This document shows, one piece after another, positions 45,981-55,635 of a stretch of 64,000 bases of DNA. How positions within the stretch are numbered: position 1 is the first letter of the stretch; each line of letters opens with the position of its first letter. The translations under genes and the position numbers were made by a program. The stretch is from an uncultured Fibrobacteria bacterium (GTDB lineage Bacteria; Fibrobacterota; Fibrobacteria; UBA11236): contig OY970309.1 of the NCBI GenBank assembly GCA_963716395.1, positions 1,024,001 through 1,088,000 on the forward strand, read 5' to 3'. The notes under the pieces were generated by a model. The model was given only the letters and a program-made list of their open reading frames with translations. It searched no databases and was not told where the DNA came from.

Positions 45981-46146
45981 GGACCGGATATTTCGGAAAA
46001 TCTAGGTTCCAAAATTCCTTTCATTTTTCGGAATCCCTCGGGTTTCCATTTGTTTGTAATCGACGCATCCGGTCGACCCGCGCTATCTTCAGCTACGAAG
46101 CGACCGAAGTTACCCGAGCGCTGTAAAAAAGAACTAGCGTTTTCGC

Positions 46147-46974
46147 ATGTCGTCCCCCGCTCCCGCTCTTCGGCCCTTGTGCCTCCTCACCGGCGCCAAT
46201 CGGGGCATCGGCTTCGCGGCCGCGCGCGCCCTGGCAGCCGGAGGCATGCGGGTGGTACTGGCCTGCCGCAATGCGCGCCAAGCCGAAGCCGCGGCCGCCC
46301 GCATTGCGAAGGAAAGCGGTGGTGACAGCGTCGAAACCTTGACGGTTGATTTGGCCGATTTCCCCTCCATCCGTGCGGCGGCACAGGAATTTCTTCGAAG
46401 GCATGCCGCCCTCGACGTGCTGATCAACAACGCCGCCGTGGTCGAGCCGCAGCGGCGCATCGGTCCGGCCGGAATCGAAACCACCTTCGCGGTCAATGTG
46501 CTGGCCTATCACCTGCTGACCAAGCTGCTGCAAGACGCCCTGCGGCGGGCCGCGAAAGCCCGTGTGATTAACGTCGCATCGGGCATGGCCTACGGTCTGG
46601 ATCTCGACGATGTGGAATTCCAGCGCCGCCCCTACGATGCGGCCGCGGCGTATGCGCAAAGCAAGCAGGCCGACCGCATGCTCACCTGGGCCTGGGCCCG
46701 GCGCTTCGCCGGCACCACGGTCACGGCCAATGCCATGTCTCCGGGCCCGGTGCAAACCCAATTGTTGCAGACCCTGGCGCCGGGATTGCAAGGACGCACG
46801 GCGGAGGAGGGCGCCGATACCTTGATTTGGCTGGCCACCGCTCCCGACCTGGAGGGTGTCAACGGCCAGTTCTGGTCCAACCGCCGCGAGCGCGAATGTC
46901 CCTACCATGGCCTTGACGGCGAAGAGAAGCTTTGGAACCTTTGCGAAACCCTGAGCGACCGGAGCGCGACATGA
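46147..46974 (+). CDS. SDR oxidoreductase (retinol-dehydrogenase-like)
   Basis: TGANRGIG, NNA, YAQSK, GADTLIWLA motifs. Confidence 0.9.
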   Translation: MSSPAPALRPLCLLTGANRGIGFAAARALAAGGMRVVLACRNARQAEAAAARIAKESGGDSVETLTVDLADFPSIRAAAQEFLRRHAALDVLINNAAVVEPQRRIGPAGIETTFAVNVLAYHLLTKLLQDALRRAAKARVINVASGMAYGLDLDDVEFQRRPYDAAAAYAQSKQADRMLTWAWARRFAGTTVTANAMSPGPVQTQLLQTLAPGLQGRTAEEGADTLIWLATAPDLEGVNGQFWSNRRERECPYHGLDGEEKLWNLCETLSDRSAT

Positions 46975-47765
46975 GCGATATGATCGAAGTACGTGATTTG
47001 GTGAAGAAATTCGGCGACTTCACCGCGGTCAACTCGGTTTCGTTCACGGTTCCGGCCGGCACCATTTTCGGCTTTCTCGGGCCCAACGGCGCGGGCAAAA
47101 CCACCACCATCAAAATGCTCACTACCATTTTGCAGCCTACCTCGGGGTATTTGCGCGTCGACGGCCATGATCCCGTAAGGGAAAAACACAAGGTGCGCAG
47201 CGCCTTCGGCATCGTGTTTCAAGACCCCAGTCTCGACAGCGAACTCACCGCCTTCGAGAACATGGAATTGCACGGCGTGTTGTACGGCGTGCCCGGGTCG
47301 GAACGGCGGACGCGCATCGAAAAATTCATGCGTCTGGTCGAGCTGTGGGATCGCCGCGACGACTTCGTGAAGAAGTTCTCGGGCGGCATGAAACGCCGCC
47401 TCGAAATCGCCCGGGCCCTTTTGCATGACCCCAAAATCCTGTTCCTCGACGAACCCACCTTGGGGTTGGACCCGCAAACCCGCAACCATATCTGGGACTA
47501 CATCCGCCGTCTGAGCCAGGAGCACAACATCACGGTGTTTTTCACCACGCATTACATGGACGAAGCCGACCGCGTGGCCGACACCATCGCCGTGATCGAC
47601 AAAGGCTCCATCGTGGCGCAGGGCGCGCCCGCGGCGCTCAAGCAGCAAACCCAAACCGCGTCGCTCGAAGACGCCTTTATCGCGCTGACCGGATCCTCCA
47701 TCCGCGAAGAGGAGTCGACGGCCACGGATCGCATGCGCACCATGAGCCGGGTCTGGAGGCGCTGA
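46971..47765 (+). CDS. ABC-2 exporter ATP-binding subunit (DrrA-like)
   Basis: GPNGAGKT, FSGGM, LDEPT, TTHY motifs. Confidence 0.95.
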   Translation: MSDMIEVRDLVKKFGDFTAVNSVSFTVPAGTIFGFLGPNGAGKTTTIKMLTTILQPTSGYLRVDGHDPVREKHKVRSAFGIVFQDPSLDSELTAFENMELHGVLYGVPGSERRTRIEKFMRLVELWDRRDDFVKKFSGGMKRRLEIARALLHDPKILFLDEPTLGLDPQTRNHIWDYIRRLSQEHNITVFFTTHYMDEADRVADTIAVIDKGSIVAQGAPAALKQQTQTASLEDAFIALTGSSIREEESTATDRMRTMSRVWRR

Positions 47766-48511
47766 TGCACGTCGTATACATCCTCACCGTGCGGCAGTTG
47801 AAACGCTATTTGCGCGCGCGGGCGCGCATCGTCGGATCGCTGGGTCAGCCCCTGCTGTTTCTGTTGGCCATGGGTTTCGGCTTCGGCCCGACCTTCGCGA
47901 AGGCGGGGCACGGCAATTACATCCAATTTCTGGCGCCGGGAATCATCGCCATGGGCATTTTGTTCACGGCCGTGTTCTCGGGCATCGAAATCATCTGGGA
48001 CCGGCAATTCGGCTTCTTGAAAGAAACCCTGGTGGCGCCGGTGTCGCGCCTGCAAATCATGCTGGGCCGCACTTTGGGCGGCGCCGTGGTGGCCTTGATT
48101 CAGGGCCTGGTGGTGTTCGCCATCTGCCTCATCGCCGGTTTTCGCGTCGAAAGCCTGGCGGGCCTGCCGGGTGCGCTGTTGTTCATGATTCTGATCTCGC
48201 TGCTCTTCACCGCCGTGGGCACGGCCATCGGGTCGGTGCTCGAAGACATGCAGGCTTTTCCGCTTATCATGAATTTCCTGGTGTTGCCGATTTTCTTTTT
48301 CTCCGGCGCGCTGTTCCCCATGCAGGGCGTGCCCGGCATCTTGAAAGTCGCCATTCGCCTCAACCCGCTCTCCTACGGCGTCGACGGATTACGGGGCGCC
48401 TTGACCCACGGTTTTCAATTCGGTCTCGCGGCCGATCTGGGTGCGCTGGTCGTCTTGACGGCGGCCCTGCTCGCGCTCGGCAGCTATTTCTTCTCGCGCA
48501 TCCAGCTTTGA
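47765..48511 (+). CDS. ABC-2 exporter permease
   Basis: Several TM helices, DRQFGFLKE, NPLSYGVD motifs. Confidence 0.93.
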   Translation: MHVVYILTVRQLKRYLRARARIVGSLGQPLLFLLAMGFGFGPTFAKAGHGNYIQFLAPGIIAMGILFTAVFSGIEIIWDRQFGFLKETLVAPVSRLQIMLGRTLGGAVVALIQGLVVFAICLIAGFRVESLAGLPGALLFMILISLLFTAVGTAIGSVLEDMQAFPLIMNFLVLPIFFFSGALFPMQGVPGILKVAIRLNPLSYGVDGLRGALTHGFQFGLAADLGALVVLTAALLALGSYFFSRIQL

Positions 48512-48537
48512 CCACCCACCCGACTCTGTCCTTCGTC

Positions 48538-48648
48538 CGGTGAGCCTGGTTCCCGAGCCTGTCGAACTGACCCACACTTCGGTCGGTGAGCCTGTCGAAC
48601 CGGCCGAACCGCCGAAGGGCGCGCCCTGAGCTTGCCGAAGGGCGCGCC
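48538..48648. repeat. REP-like repeat cluster
   Basis: GAGCCTGTCGAAC at 48555 and 48588, GAGCTTGCCGAAG at 48628, GCCGAAGGGCGCGCC at 48611 and 48634; between convergent genes. Confidence 0.7.
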
Positions 48649-48650
48649 GT

Positions 48651-49883
48651 TTATTTCGCTCCCGAATCCGCAACTCCAGACGTCAGGCCTACCGCTTTAC
48701 GCTTCACCCCACCGGGCAAGCCGGGAAAAGAACCCCGCGTGGGGAACCCGTGTTCGTAATCCTGGATGCGTTGCACGCGGCCTGTGCTGTCGAAGAAGCG
48801 GCGCTCGCCCTGCAATTCACCGGCGACGAAATGCGCGGTTTCGCGCAGGCGGCCCTGCTGGTCCCAGCGTTGCCACAAGCCCTCTTTCTTGCCCTTGTGA
48901 AAGGCACCCTGGGCTTCGGGAGCACCGTTTTCGAACCAATCCTGCAAGTCGACGGGATCGCCTTTGAGGTAGCGAATGCGCCGGCGCTTGCCGCCGTCGG
49001 GATAATAGGTCCAATGCTCGCCGTCTTCCCGGCCCACCACCAGGGAATAGCGTTCGCTGACGCGGCCCAGCGAATCAAAACGCGTCAGCACCCCAGTCCC
49101 ATCGCGGAAAAAACCGCTTTCGCGCACACGCCCGGCCGTATCCCAACCCAGGGCGCTGTCGTTCCAGAGGCCGCCGCGGAAATGCCGCCGCGAAGCCAAA
49201 CGGCCATCGGGATGAAACGATTCCCACAGCGAATCGCGCGCGCCGGAAGTGTCGTAGAAGCCGCGTTCGCGCACCGTTCCGTCCGGGTAACGCGCCAGGT
49301 ACGGCCCCACGATGTGGCCGCGCCGGCAGGCATAGTCTTCATAGACCCCGCCCGAGTCATACGACGAATGGTAATGACCTGTGTCGTTGGCCGCGAAGCA
49401 CGAAGTGCGCAGCACCTCGTCGCCGTGGCGGTTCCAGGCCACAAAGGTGCCGATTTCTCGGCCGTCGCGGTATGCGCCGCGTCGCCGCAATTCGCCGTTT
49501 TCCCAATACTCGATCCATTGGCCCTGCTTCAGGCCGTCCTGGTAAGCGCCCTTCGAAGACAGCGCATAGCGGTTGAAGAAGAATTGCCACGGGCCTTCGC
49601 GGCGGCCGGCCCGGTAACGCCCCCGCGACTGGATTTGACCGTTCTCCCAATACGCTTTGTATTCGCCGTCGAATTGGCCGCCGTGGAAATGCGCTTCGAA
49701 TTCAGGCTTGCCGTTGAGAAAGTAAGCGGTTTCCACGCGCAGATGCAGCGAGTCTTTGGGGCCGAAAGCCGTGTAGATGCACACGATTTTGGGCTGGCCT
49801 TCGGGAAAGCGGGCCACGGTTTCTTTGCGGCCGCAGGCGCACAAGCCGGCCGCAGCCAGGCACCAACAAACGCGTCGGACCAT
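48651..49883 (-). CDS. MORN-variant repeat lipoprotein (YwqK-like)
   Basis: Lipobox LCAC; many G.W..Y.ENG....G.Y repeats. Confidence 0.85.
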   Translation of the reverse strand: MVRRVCWCLAAAGLCACGRKETVARFPEGQPKIVCIYTAFGPKDSLHLRVETAYFLNGKPEFEAHFHGGQFDGEYKAYWENGQIQSRGRYRAGRREGPWQFFFNRYALSSKGAYQDGLKQGQWIEYWENGELRRRGAYRDGREIGTFVAWNRHGDEVLRTSCFAANDTGHYHSSYDSGGVYEDYACRRGHIVGPYLARYPDGTVRERGFYDTSGARDSLWESFHPDGRLASRRHFRGGLWNDSALGWDTAGRVRESGFFRDGTGVLTRFDSLGRVSERYSLVVGREDGEHWTYYPDGGKRRRIRYLKGDPVDLQDWFENGAPEAQGAFHKGKKEGLWQRWDQQGRLRETAHFVAGELQGERRFFDSTGRVQRIQDYEHGFPTRGSFPGLPGGVKRKAVGLTSGVADSGAK

Positions 49884-49929
49884 TCCCGAAATGTACTCGG
49901 GTCTCCGCCTACGGCGAAGGAGGGCGCGG

Positions 49930-50571
49930 CTATTTACGCAGCAGCTTGAACGCGTGCGTCCAGTGGTTGTGGCGGAAGCCGAAATGAATCCACAGCATGG
50001 CGAGGGCTTCAAGCAGATACGACTGCGCGATGCCGCCCATGTCGTTGACGCTGTTCCAATGCCAGGCCTTGGCGAGGGCCGCAACTTCGGCCTTGGCCGC
50101 GGGGTCTTCGCCCGCGATGAACAGATCGATGGCGCCTTCTTGCAACCGGGCGTCGATCATATAGTTGGCGGCCACGATGTTGAAGGCCTTCACCACCTTG
50201 GCCTGGGGCGCCCACCCCTGCACCTTGGCGCCCGCCGAGTCGGGGTACGAAACGGCCAGACGGGGTGGCGGCCCTTGGGAAAAGTCGAGCGGATTCGTGA
50301 CATCGATCAGCACTTTGCCGGCCAGGTGCGCGGCTCCCGCCAGCAGCACGGCGTTCTCGGTGCCCGACCAATGCGTGGCCAGCACCACGAGTTCTCCGAA
50401 TTCGGCGGCTTCGGCAAACGAACCGACCGAGGCTTGGGGACCGCCTTCTTCCGCCCAGGCCTTGAGTTTGGCGGGATCGCGGGTACCAACCTTGACATCG
50501 CGCCCCAAACGCAGAAACCCCTTGCCCAGAGTTTGACCCACTACACCCGATCCCAATATGCCGATGCGCAT
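49930..50571 (-). CDS. NADP oxidoreductase (F420-dependent reductase family)
   Basis: GSGVVG, IDVTNPL, VVKAFN, IAGED motifs. Confidence 0.9.
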   Translation of the reverse strand: MRIGILGSGVVGQTLGKGFLRLGRDVKVGTRDPAKLKAWAEEGGPQASVGSFAEAAEFGELVVLATHWSGTENAVLLAGAAHLAGKVLIDVTNPLDFSQGPPPRLAVSYPDSAGAKVQGWAPQAKVVKAFNIVAANYMIDARLQEGAIDLFIAGEDPAAKAEVAALAKAWHWNSVNDMGGIAQSYLLEALAMLWIHFGFRHNHWTHAFKLLRK

Positions 50572-50690
50572 GTGTGACTCCTTTTTGGTGGGGCAAAATA
50601 CAAATTCCGATTTCCCGGACTGTGGGAGGAGTACTCCGGCGGCTTCCGCAGCGATTTCAAAAGTGCGACAATAAGCTCGCGCCCGACCCC

Positions 50691-52451
50691 ATGCAAGTCC
50701 TCAGCAACACGCCTTTGCCCGCCCTGTCGGGAGTCGAGTGCCGACATTTCGGCGAATGCGGTCGCCATCCCGCCGGCTATAAACCGGAAAGCGAACGGCG
50801 ATCCTTGCGCACTATCCTGGAGCAGTTGCCCGCGGGCTTCCACCCGGACCTGCTGCTGTTTCTCAGCCCCGAATACCTTCCGATGCCGGACGATTTGGAA
50901 GTATTCCGCGGCCCGCGTGCATTGCTGATCACAGATTGGAATGTGTGCCTGCGTTTTTTGCCGCCGCTATGCCGGCGTTTCGACCTCTGCTTCACCGACA
51001 CGCCGGGCGTTCGGCTCTTGCGCCGGGCCGGAGTCGGCAACGTGCGGCATGCGCCCCTGTTCGGCCACGATCCCGCCCGTTTCCACAACCTGGGTTTGAC
51101 GCGCGACCTGGACCTGTCTTTTTGCGGCAACCTGAACGCGGGATTGCATGCACCGCGCAACCGCCTGGTCTATCGCCTGACGCAGTGGTGCCGGCAGCGG
51201 CCCGTGCATTTGCGCCAGGCCTTCGACGCGGACTACGTGAACGTGCTCAACCGCAGCCGGCTGGTGTTCAACTACAGCATTCGCGGCGAAGCCAATATGC
51301 GGCTCTACGAGGCCATGGCCTGCGGCGCCGCCGTGTTGGTCGAAGAAGGCAATGAAGAGGCGCCGCTGTTGTTCCGGCCCGGCGAACATTATCTCACCTA
51401 CCGGCCCGAAAGCCTCGAAGCCGATTGCGAGCGCTGGCTGCAAGACCCCGAAGCCCTGGCGCGCATCGGTCGGGCCGCTCAGGTTGCCGTGGCCGAGCAA
51501 ACGCAGACCCGGCAATTGGAGCGCGTGCTGCAGCAAGCCCGCGATTTGGGTTCGAGCTGGCGGCGGGGCGAGGCGTCCGCAGGCGCCGATGTTGAAGCAG
51601 GCAAGGCCGCAATCAAGCTGCGTCTTCTGGGCGCGGGATACGGGTTGGCCGAAGCGCTCGACGAAGTGGAGCACTTCGCACCCTCCCTACCGGGCCTGGC
51701 CGCCGAAGCCACACCCGGCCTGCTCTTTCTGTTTCTCGCCTCCGCCCCCGATTCCAAGGCGCGGCCTGCGGCTTTGGCGCGGCTGGCCGCGCAGCTCGAC
51801 GATCCGGGGTTGCCGATGCATGTGAAAACCTGGTTTCGCATCGGGCTGGCGGGCGCGCAAAAGCAGTGGGTCGAGGTTTTACGACGGGTTTCCGATTGCC
51901 TGGTGCAACTGGAAAGCGCTGCGGCCGCCGAAGTCGATCCGGGCTATAGCGTGCTGTTCGCTCCCATCGGTTTGGGCCAGGGCATCAACACCGATCTCAA
52001 TCTCTGCTTTCGCCGCTTTCTCGAAACCGGGTCGCATGCCGCCATCTTCGAGTTATTGCGCGACCTGGCATTGGCCGAAGGCGTGCAAGCCGCCGTGCAA
52101 TCGGGCCAATGGGATCAGGCCGCGGTCTTCGCCGCCAGGTTGCGGCCGGGGCCTTGGCGCGCGGTGTCACCCTGGCCCTGGCGCTTTAGCCTCTGCTTGC
52201 TGCGCGGCGATACGACAACTTTAACCGAAGTGACGCGGGCCTGGTTCGAGGCAGATCCGCTGGACGCCCGCATTTGGGAACGCGTATTGAAAGGCCTCCA
52301 AGCGCTGGGCGACTTGGCAGGGGTGGCCGAATTCCTAGTTCGCGTGCTACCGGCAGCCGTGCATTTCCTCACACCGGAGCAAATGCAGACCTTGCGCGCC
52401 TATGGAAAACCTGCGGAATCCGTCACGCCGGCGCCCACGCCTTCGGATTAG
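50691..52451 (+). CDS. CgeB-like glycosyltransferase with helical C-terminal extension
   Basis: DLSFCG, SRLVFN, NMRLYEAMACG motifs; start uncertain. Confidence 0.75.
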   Translation: MQVLSNTPLPALSGVECRHFGECGRHPAGYKPESERRSLRTILEQLPAGFHPDLLLFLSPEYLPMPDDLEVFRGPRALLITDWNVCLRFLPPLCRRFDLCFTDTPGVRLLRRAGVGNVRHAPLFGHDPARFHNLGLTRDLDLSFCGNLNAGLHAPRNRLVYRLTQWCRQRPVHLRQAFDADYVNVLNRSRLVFNYSIRGEANMRLYEAMACGAAVLVEEGNEEAPLLFRPGEHYLTYRPESLEADCERWLQDPEALARIGRAAQVAVAEQTQTRQLERVLQQARDLGSSWRRGEASAGADVEAGKAAIKLRLLGAGYGLAEALDEVEHFAPSLPGLAAEATPGLLFLFLASAPDSKARPAALARLAAQLDDPGLPMHVKTWFRIGLAGAQKQWVEVLRRVSDCLVQLESAAAAEVDPGYSVLFAPIGLGQGINTDLNLCFRRFLETGSHAAIFELLRDLALAEGVQAAVQSGQWDQAAVFAARLRPGPWRAVSPWPWRFSLCLLRGDTTTLTEVTRAWFEADPLDARIWERVLKGLQALGDLAGVAEFLVRVLPAAVHFLTPEQMQTLRAYGKPAESVTPAPTPSD

Positions 52452-52463
52452 CGCAGGGAAAGA

Positions 52464-53969
52464 TCAACCCTCGGTCAGGGAAAGCAAGCCTTGCAGGGGG
52501 ATTCCGACCCAGTCGGGCCGGTTGTTCAATTCATAGTCCAACTCGTAAACGGCTTTTTCCAGGGTGAACAGGCGCAGCAGCGCGGTACGCGCCGCTTCCG
52601 CGGCGGGCAAGGCGGTGGTATCGGCCGGGGTTCCGGTGTAGGCCTGAAGATAGGCGGCGCAGAGACCGCGGTAACGGGCCTCCAAGGACTCGGCGGCGGC
52701 CGGGGCGTTTGACCCGCGGGCGGCCACGTGCAGGGCGTAGTGGAAGGAACGTAACATTCCGGCTACGTCGCGCAGCGGCGAATGTTTACCCCTTTTCTCG
52801 GCCAGGGGCCGACCGGTTTCGCCTTCGAAATCGAGAAACCAGATGCGGCCCGCCGCACGCAACACCTGTCCCAGATGAAAGTCGCCGTGGATGCGGATTT
52901 TGCGCCCCCAGTCACCGACGGGCGCAAGCGCCAGTCCGGATTCCAGACGTTCGCGGCGCTCCAGCAGCGCGCGCGCCGCCGCCGCGTCTTCCGGCGCGGG
53001 AATGTCGCGGAGCCGGGTTTCGAGTTGCGCCAAGGCGCGCCGCAGCAAAGCCACACCCTGCGCGGAAAAGTCGGCCACGTCTTCGCCGGAAAGGGTTTTG
53101 GGCGCGAAATCGGGAAGGTCGGGGCGAGAGGCCAGCGCGGCGTGAAACTCCGCGGTGCGCCGGCCCAGATCGCCGACCCAGTCGAGAAAAGCTTGCGGCG
53201 GCGCGCCCGCCAACTGACTCAAGGCGAAGTCCCAGCCGTTGCCTTCGGAAGCGACGAAGCGCTGCAGCAGGGCGGCGGTGATGGGCGGCCGGCCCGGTCT
53301 TTCCCATTCCAGGCATGACTGGAATTCGGGCGCCACGCGGCACGCGGTCTGTTCTTCGAGAAAGCGCAGGATCTCAGGCTCGGGGTGCACGCCTTCTTCC
53401 CAGCGCCGATAGAGCTTGAGAAAACTGCCCGAAGAAAAAACCAACCCGGTATTGCTTTGTTCGGCCCCCAGCACCCGGCTGGTCAGGGTTTCGTCGGAAA
53501 CGGTTCGACGGCTCCAGGCCACGGTGGGTTTGCCGCGCAGCACACCGTTCCCGAGCGGCAGCCCCGGGCCTTCCTCCAGGGCCCCCAGTAGACCGCGGCG
53601 GAAACCGTCATCGTAACAGGCATCGCATAACAACAGGGCGCGATCGTGGCCCTGCACCCCGCAAATCACCGCGGCCAAGGGCGGCTCGGGTGACGCGAGC
53701 GCCAGGCTCAGCGGCAGCGCATAGGTTTCACCCGTGCCGGGGGTGATGCGAATCACGGCCAGCACCGATCCGTTTTCCGCCGCGGCCGGCGCCAGCGGCG
53801 TCCAGGCTTCCAGGGTCGCCCGCGAGACGGTTTGCGTCTTCGACCGATACCAGCGCGCCCGCATGACATAAGCGGGGAGAATAGCGCGCTCCAATTGATC
53901 GCGCGTCGCGGCATCATCGAGCCAATGCGGCCACGCCATCTGGTTGGGAACGTGAAGAACGTCAGGCAT
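52464..53969 (-). CDS. Maltokinase (Mak/Pep2)
   Basis: AEQSNT, RIHGDFHLGQV, DFEGE, RDVAGMLRSF, YEL..RPDW motifs. Confidence 0.9.
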   Translation of the reverse strand: MPDVLHVPNQMAWPHWLDDAATRDQLERAILPAYVMRARWYRSKTQTVSRATLEAWTPLAPAAAENGSVLAVIRITPGTGETYALPLSLALASPEPPLAAVICGVQGHDRALLLCDACYDDGFRRGLLGALEEGPGLPLGNGVLRGKPTVAWSRRTVSDETLTSRVLGAEQSNTGLVFSSGSFLKLYRRWEEGVHPEPEILRFLEEQTACRVAPEFQSCLEWERPGRPPITAALLQRFVASEGNGWDFALSQLAGAPPQAFLDWVGDLGRRTAEFHAALASRPDLPDFAPKTLSGEDVADFSAQGVALLRRALAQLETRLRDIPAPEDAAAARALLERRERLESGLALAPVGDWGRKIRIHGDFHLGQVLRAAGRIWFLDFEGETGRPLAEKRGKHSPLRDVAGMLRSFHYALHVAARGSNAPAAAESLEARYRGLCAAYLQAYTGTPADTTALPAAEAARTALLRLFTLEKAVYELDYELNNRPDWVGIPLQGLLSLTEG

Positions 53970-54351
53970 ATCCTGGGAGCCTTCGCCGGCTATCAGCGCC
54001 GTTCATAGCCCTGGGTTTTCAATTTTGCAAAACCTGGCCTGGGTTTTAAAGCCTTGCGTAAATCGCCGCTTACCGCGATTGGATCCCGTGAAAGAATCCG
54101 CCGCGCCGCGGCGAGCGGGGAGCCGACCCTCGTTGCCTGTTTTGACGCCGAGGGCGGCCGAATATTTTCGCACCGAATTTTCCATGCAAGTACCATAAAC
54201 AGACGGCGATAAAAAATCAATCCGCCCAAGCATCCGATGCGCAATCGATCCGGATTTTACCGGGTCGCTTCTCTCCGAGCCGGACCGACTCGCAAACATC
54301 CCCCGGGCTTGGCCTTACCCCGACCGACCCTCGGCCGGCATGCCGTCGCGG

Positions 54352-55404
54352 TCAACGCAGGATGCGAAGCGCGGGCACAAGCCGCGCATGGTTTTCGGGG
54401 AGAAACCTGCGGCCCAAGGCATCGATCCAAATCCCCCGCCGCGGCGGAAGCGATTGCAGGGACACGGGCTTGACGGCCGTGGAACTGGGCAAAGTGCGCC
54501 CCGGAATTTTAAGCTGCAACGAGTATAATCCGCCATCACCGGTCATATATAGGGTGGTATTATCCGAACCGCCGAACACGCAATTGTCGGTGTTGCCCTG
54601 GGCGCCCGGACGCGTGTCTCCGGCGCCGCTGGCGAGGTTCAGGCGGATGAATCCCAACGAGTCGCCCTGGGAATTGAAAACGAAAAATTCGCCCAGCATG
54701 TAACTGGCCACATAATGGTTGCCATGCGTGTCGATGGTGCCGCCATCCGGATCATTCACGCTCGCGAATTTCGTTCCGTCGGCCAAGGTGCCGTCGCTTT
54801 GCACGGAATACCGGGTGACCTGATTGTTCTGGTTCACGTACACCGCGCTTTGTTCCGGCAGCCATTCAATGCCGTTGGCCGAGCGCTGATTGCCGACGGC
54901 GATGGCCAGTTGGCGCGCAGGATTGAGATAAAAAACATTGGTGTTCAAATCCGTAAAATAAAGGTCGCCGGCGGGCCCGATGCTGAGATCGTTCGCCTGA
55001 CCGAAGGTCACGCCGTTCTGCCCGGATTGCACCAGAACCGTATCAAGCGCGCCCGCGTCGGTATAGCGCGCCAGCCGGCCATCCTGGCAGGCCACGACCC
55101 TGCCCTGCGGATCGAGTTCGAGGCCGTTGCTTTGCCGCGTCGTTACGAAAATCGATCCGGTGTCCGCCGTGCCGGGCTTGATTTTCCAAATCGGCCAATC
55201 GGGGGTTTGATTGCCGAATTGTTCTGTGAAATACACGGTTCCCGTGGCCGGCTGCCATAAGGGCCCTTCACAGTATTGGGCGATTTGTTTGACCCAAACC
55301 ACGGGCGAACTTTGATCGTAAAGCGAGTCGGGCAATTGCACGGTAAAGCTTTGCGCCGCCGCCGGCGAGACGCAAAAAATGGCCGCGGCCAGAAACTTCA
55401 ACAT
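54352..55404 (-). CDS. Secreted SMP-30/gluconolactonase-family protein
   Basis: Signal peptide, EGPLW, SNG, ANDL, ANG, PDG, NCVFGG motifs; tail IDALGRR. Confidence 0.88.
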   Translation of the reverse strand: MLKFLAAAIFCVSPAAAQSFTVQLPDSLYDQSSPVVWVKQIAQYCEGPLWQPATGTVYFTEQFGNQTPDWPIWKIKPGTADTGSIFVTTRQSNGLELDPQGRVVACQDGRLARYTDAGALDTVLVQSGQNGVTFGQANDLSIGPAGDLYFTDLNTNVFYLNPARQLAIAVGNQRSANGIEWLPEQSAVYVNQNNQVTRYSVQSDGTLADGTKFASVNDPDGGTIDTHGNHYVASYMLGEFFVFNSQGDSLGFIRLNLASGAGDTRPGAQGNTDNCVFGGSDNTTLYMTGDGGLYSLQLKIPGRTLPSSTAVKPVSLQSLPPRRGIWIDALGRRFLPENHARLVPALRILR

Positions 55405-55635
55405 CGGTCCCTCGCTTCCCCTCCGATTCAAAAGGTAGGGCTGGGAAAAATTTCTGGTTTGTGATTTTTCGCGCTTTCACGATTTCTATGCGATTCAGCG
55501 GAACCGGGGGGTTTTCCCGATCACGATTGCGCCCGCAGCGCTCAGGCCGTGAGCAACGGGTGCGGCGGAATTCCCGGCCATGTCCAAAAACCGGGTGAAC
55601 CCGCATTTGGGCTTACGACGTGACGAAAAGCGAGA

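Noticed and set aside
46026-46042. TTTC(A/G)GAATCCCTCGGG shared with the TonB receptor RBS region near 29801-29817
   Set aside because: Only two copies, SD-like content and no credible downstream ORF at 46 kb; probably chance or a remnant.
48651-49883. YwqK-type antitoxin of a toxin-immunity pair
   Set aside because: No adjacent toxin; MORN-variant lipoproteins are common without one.
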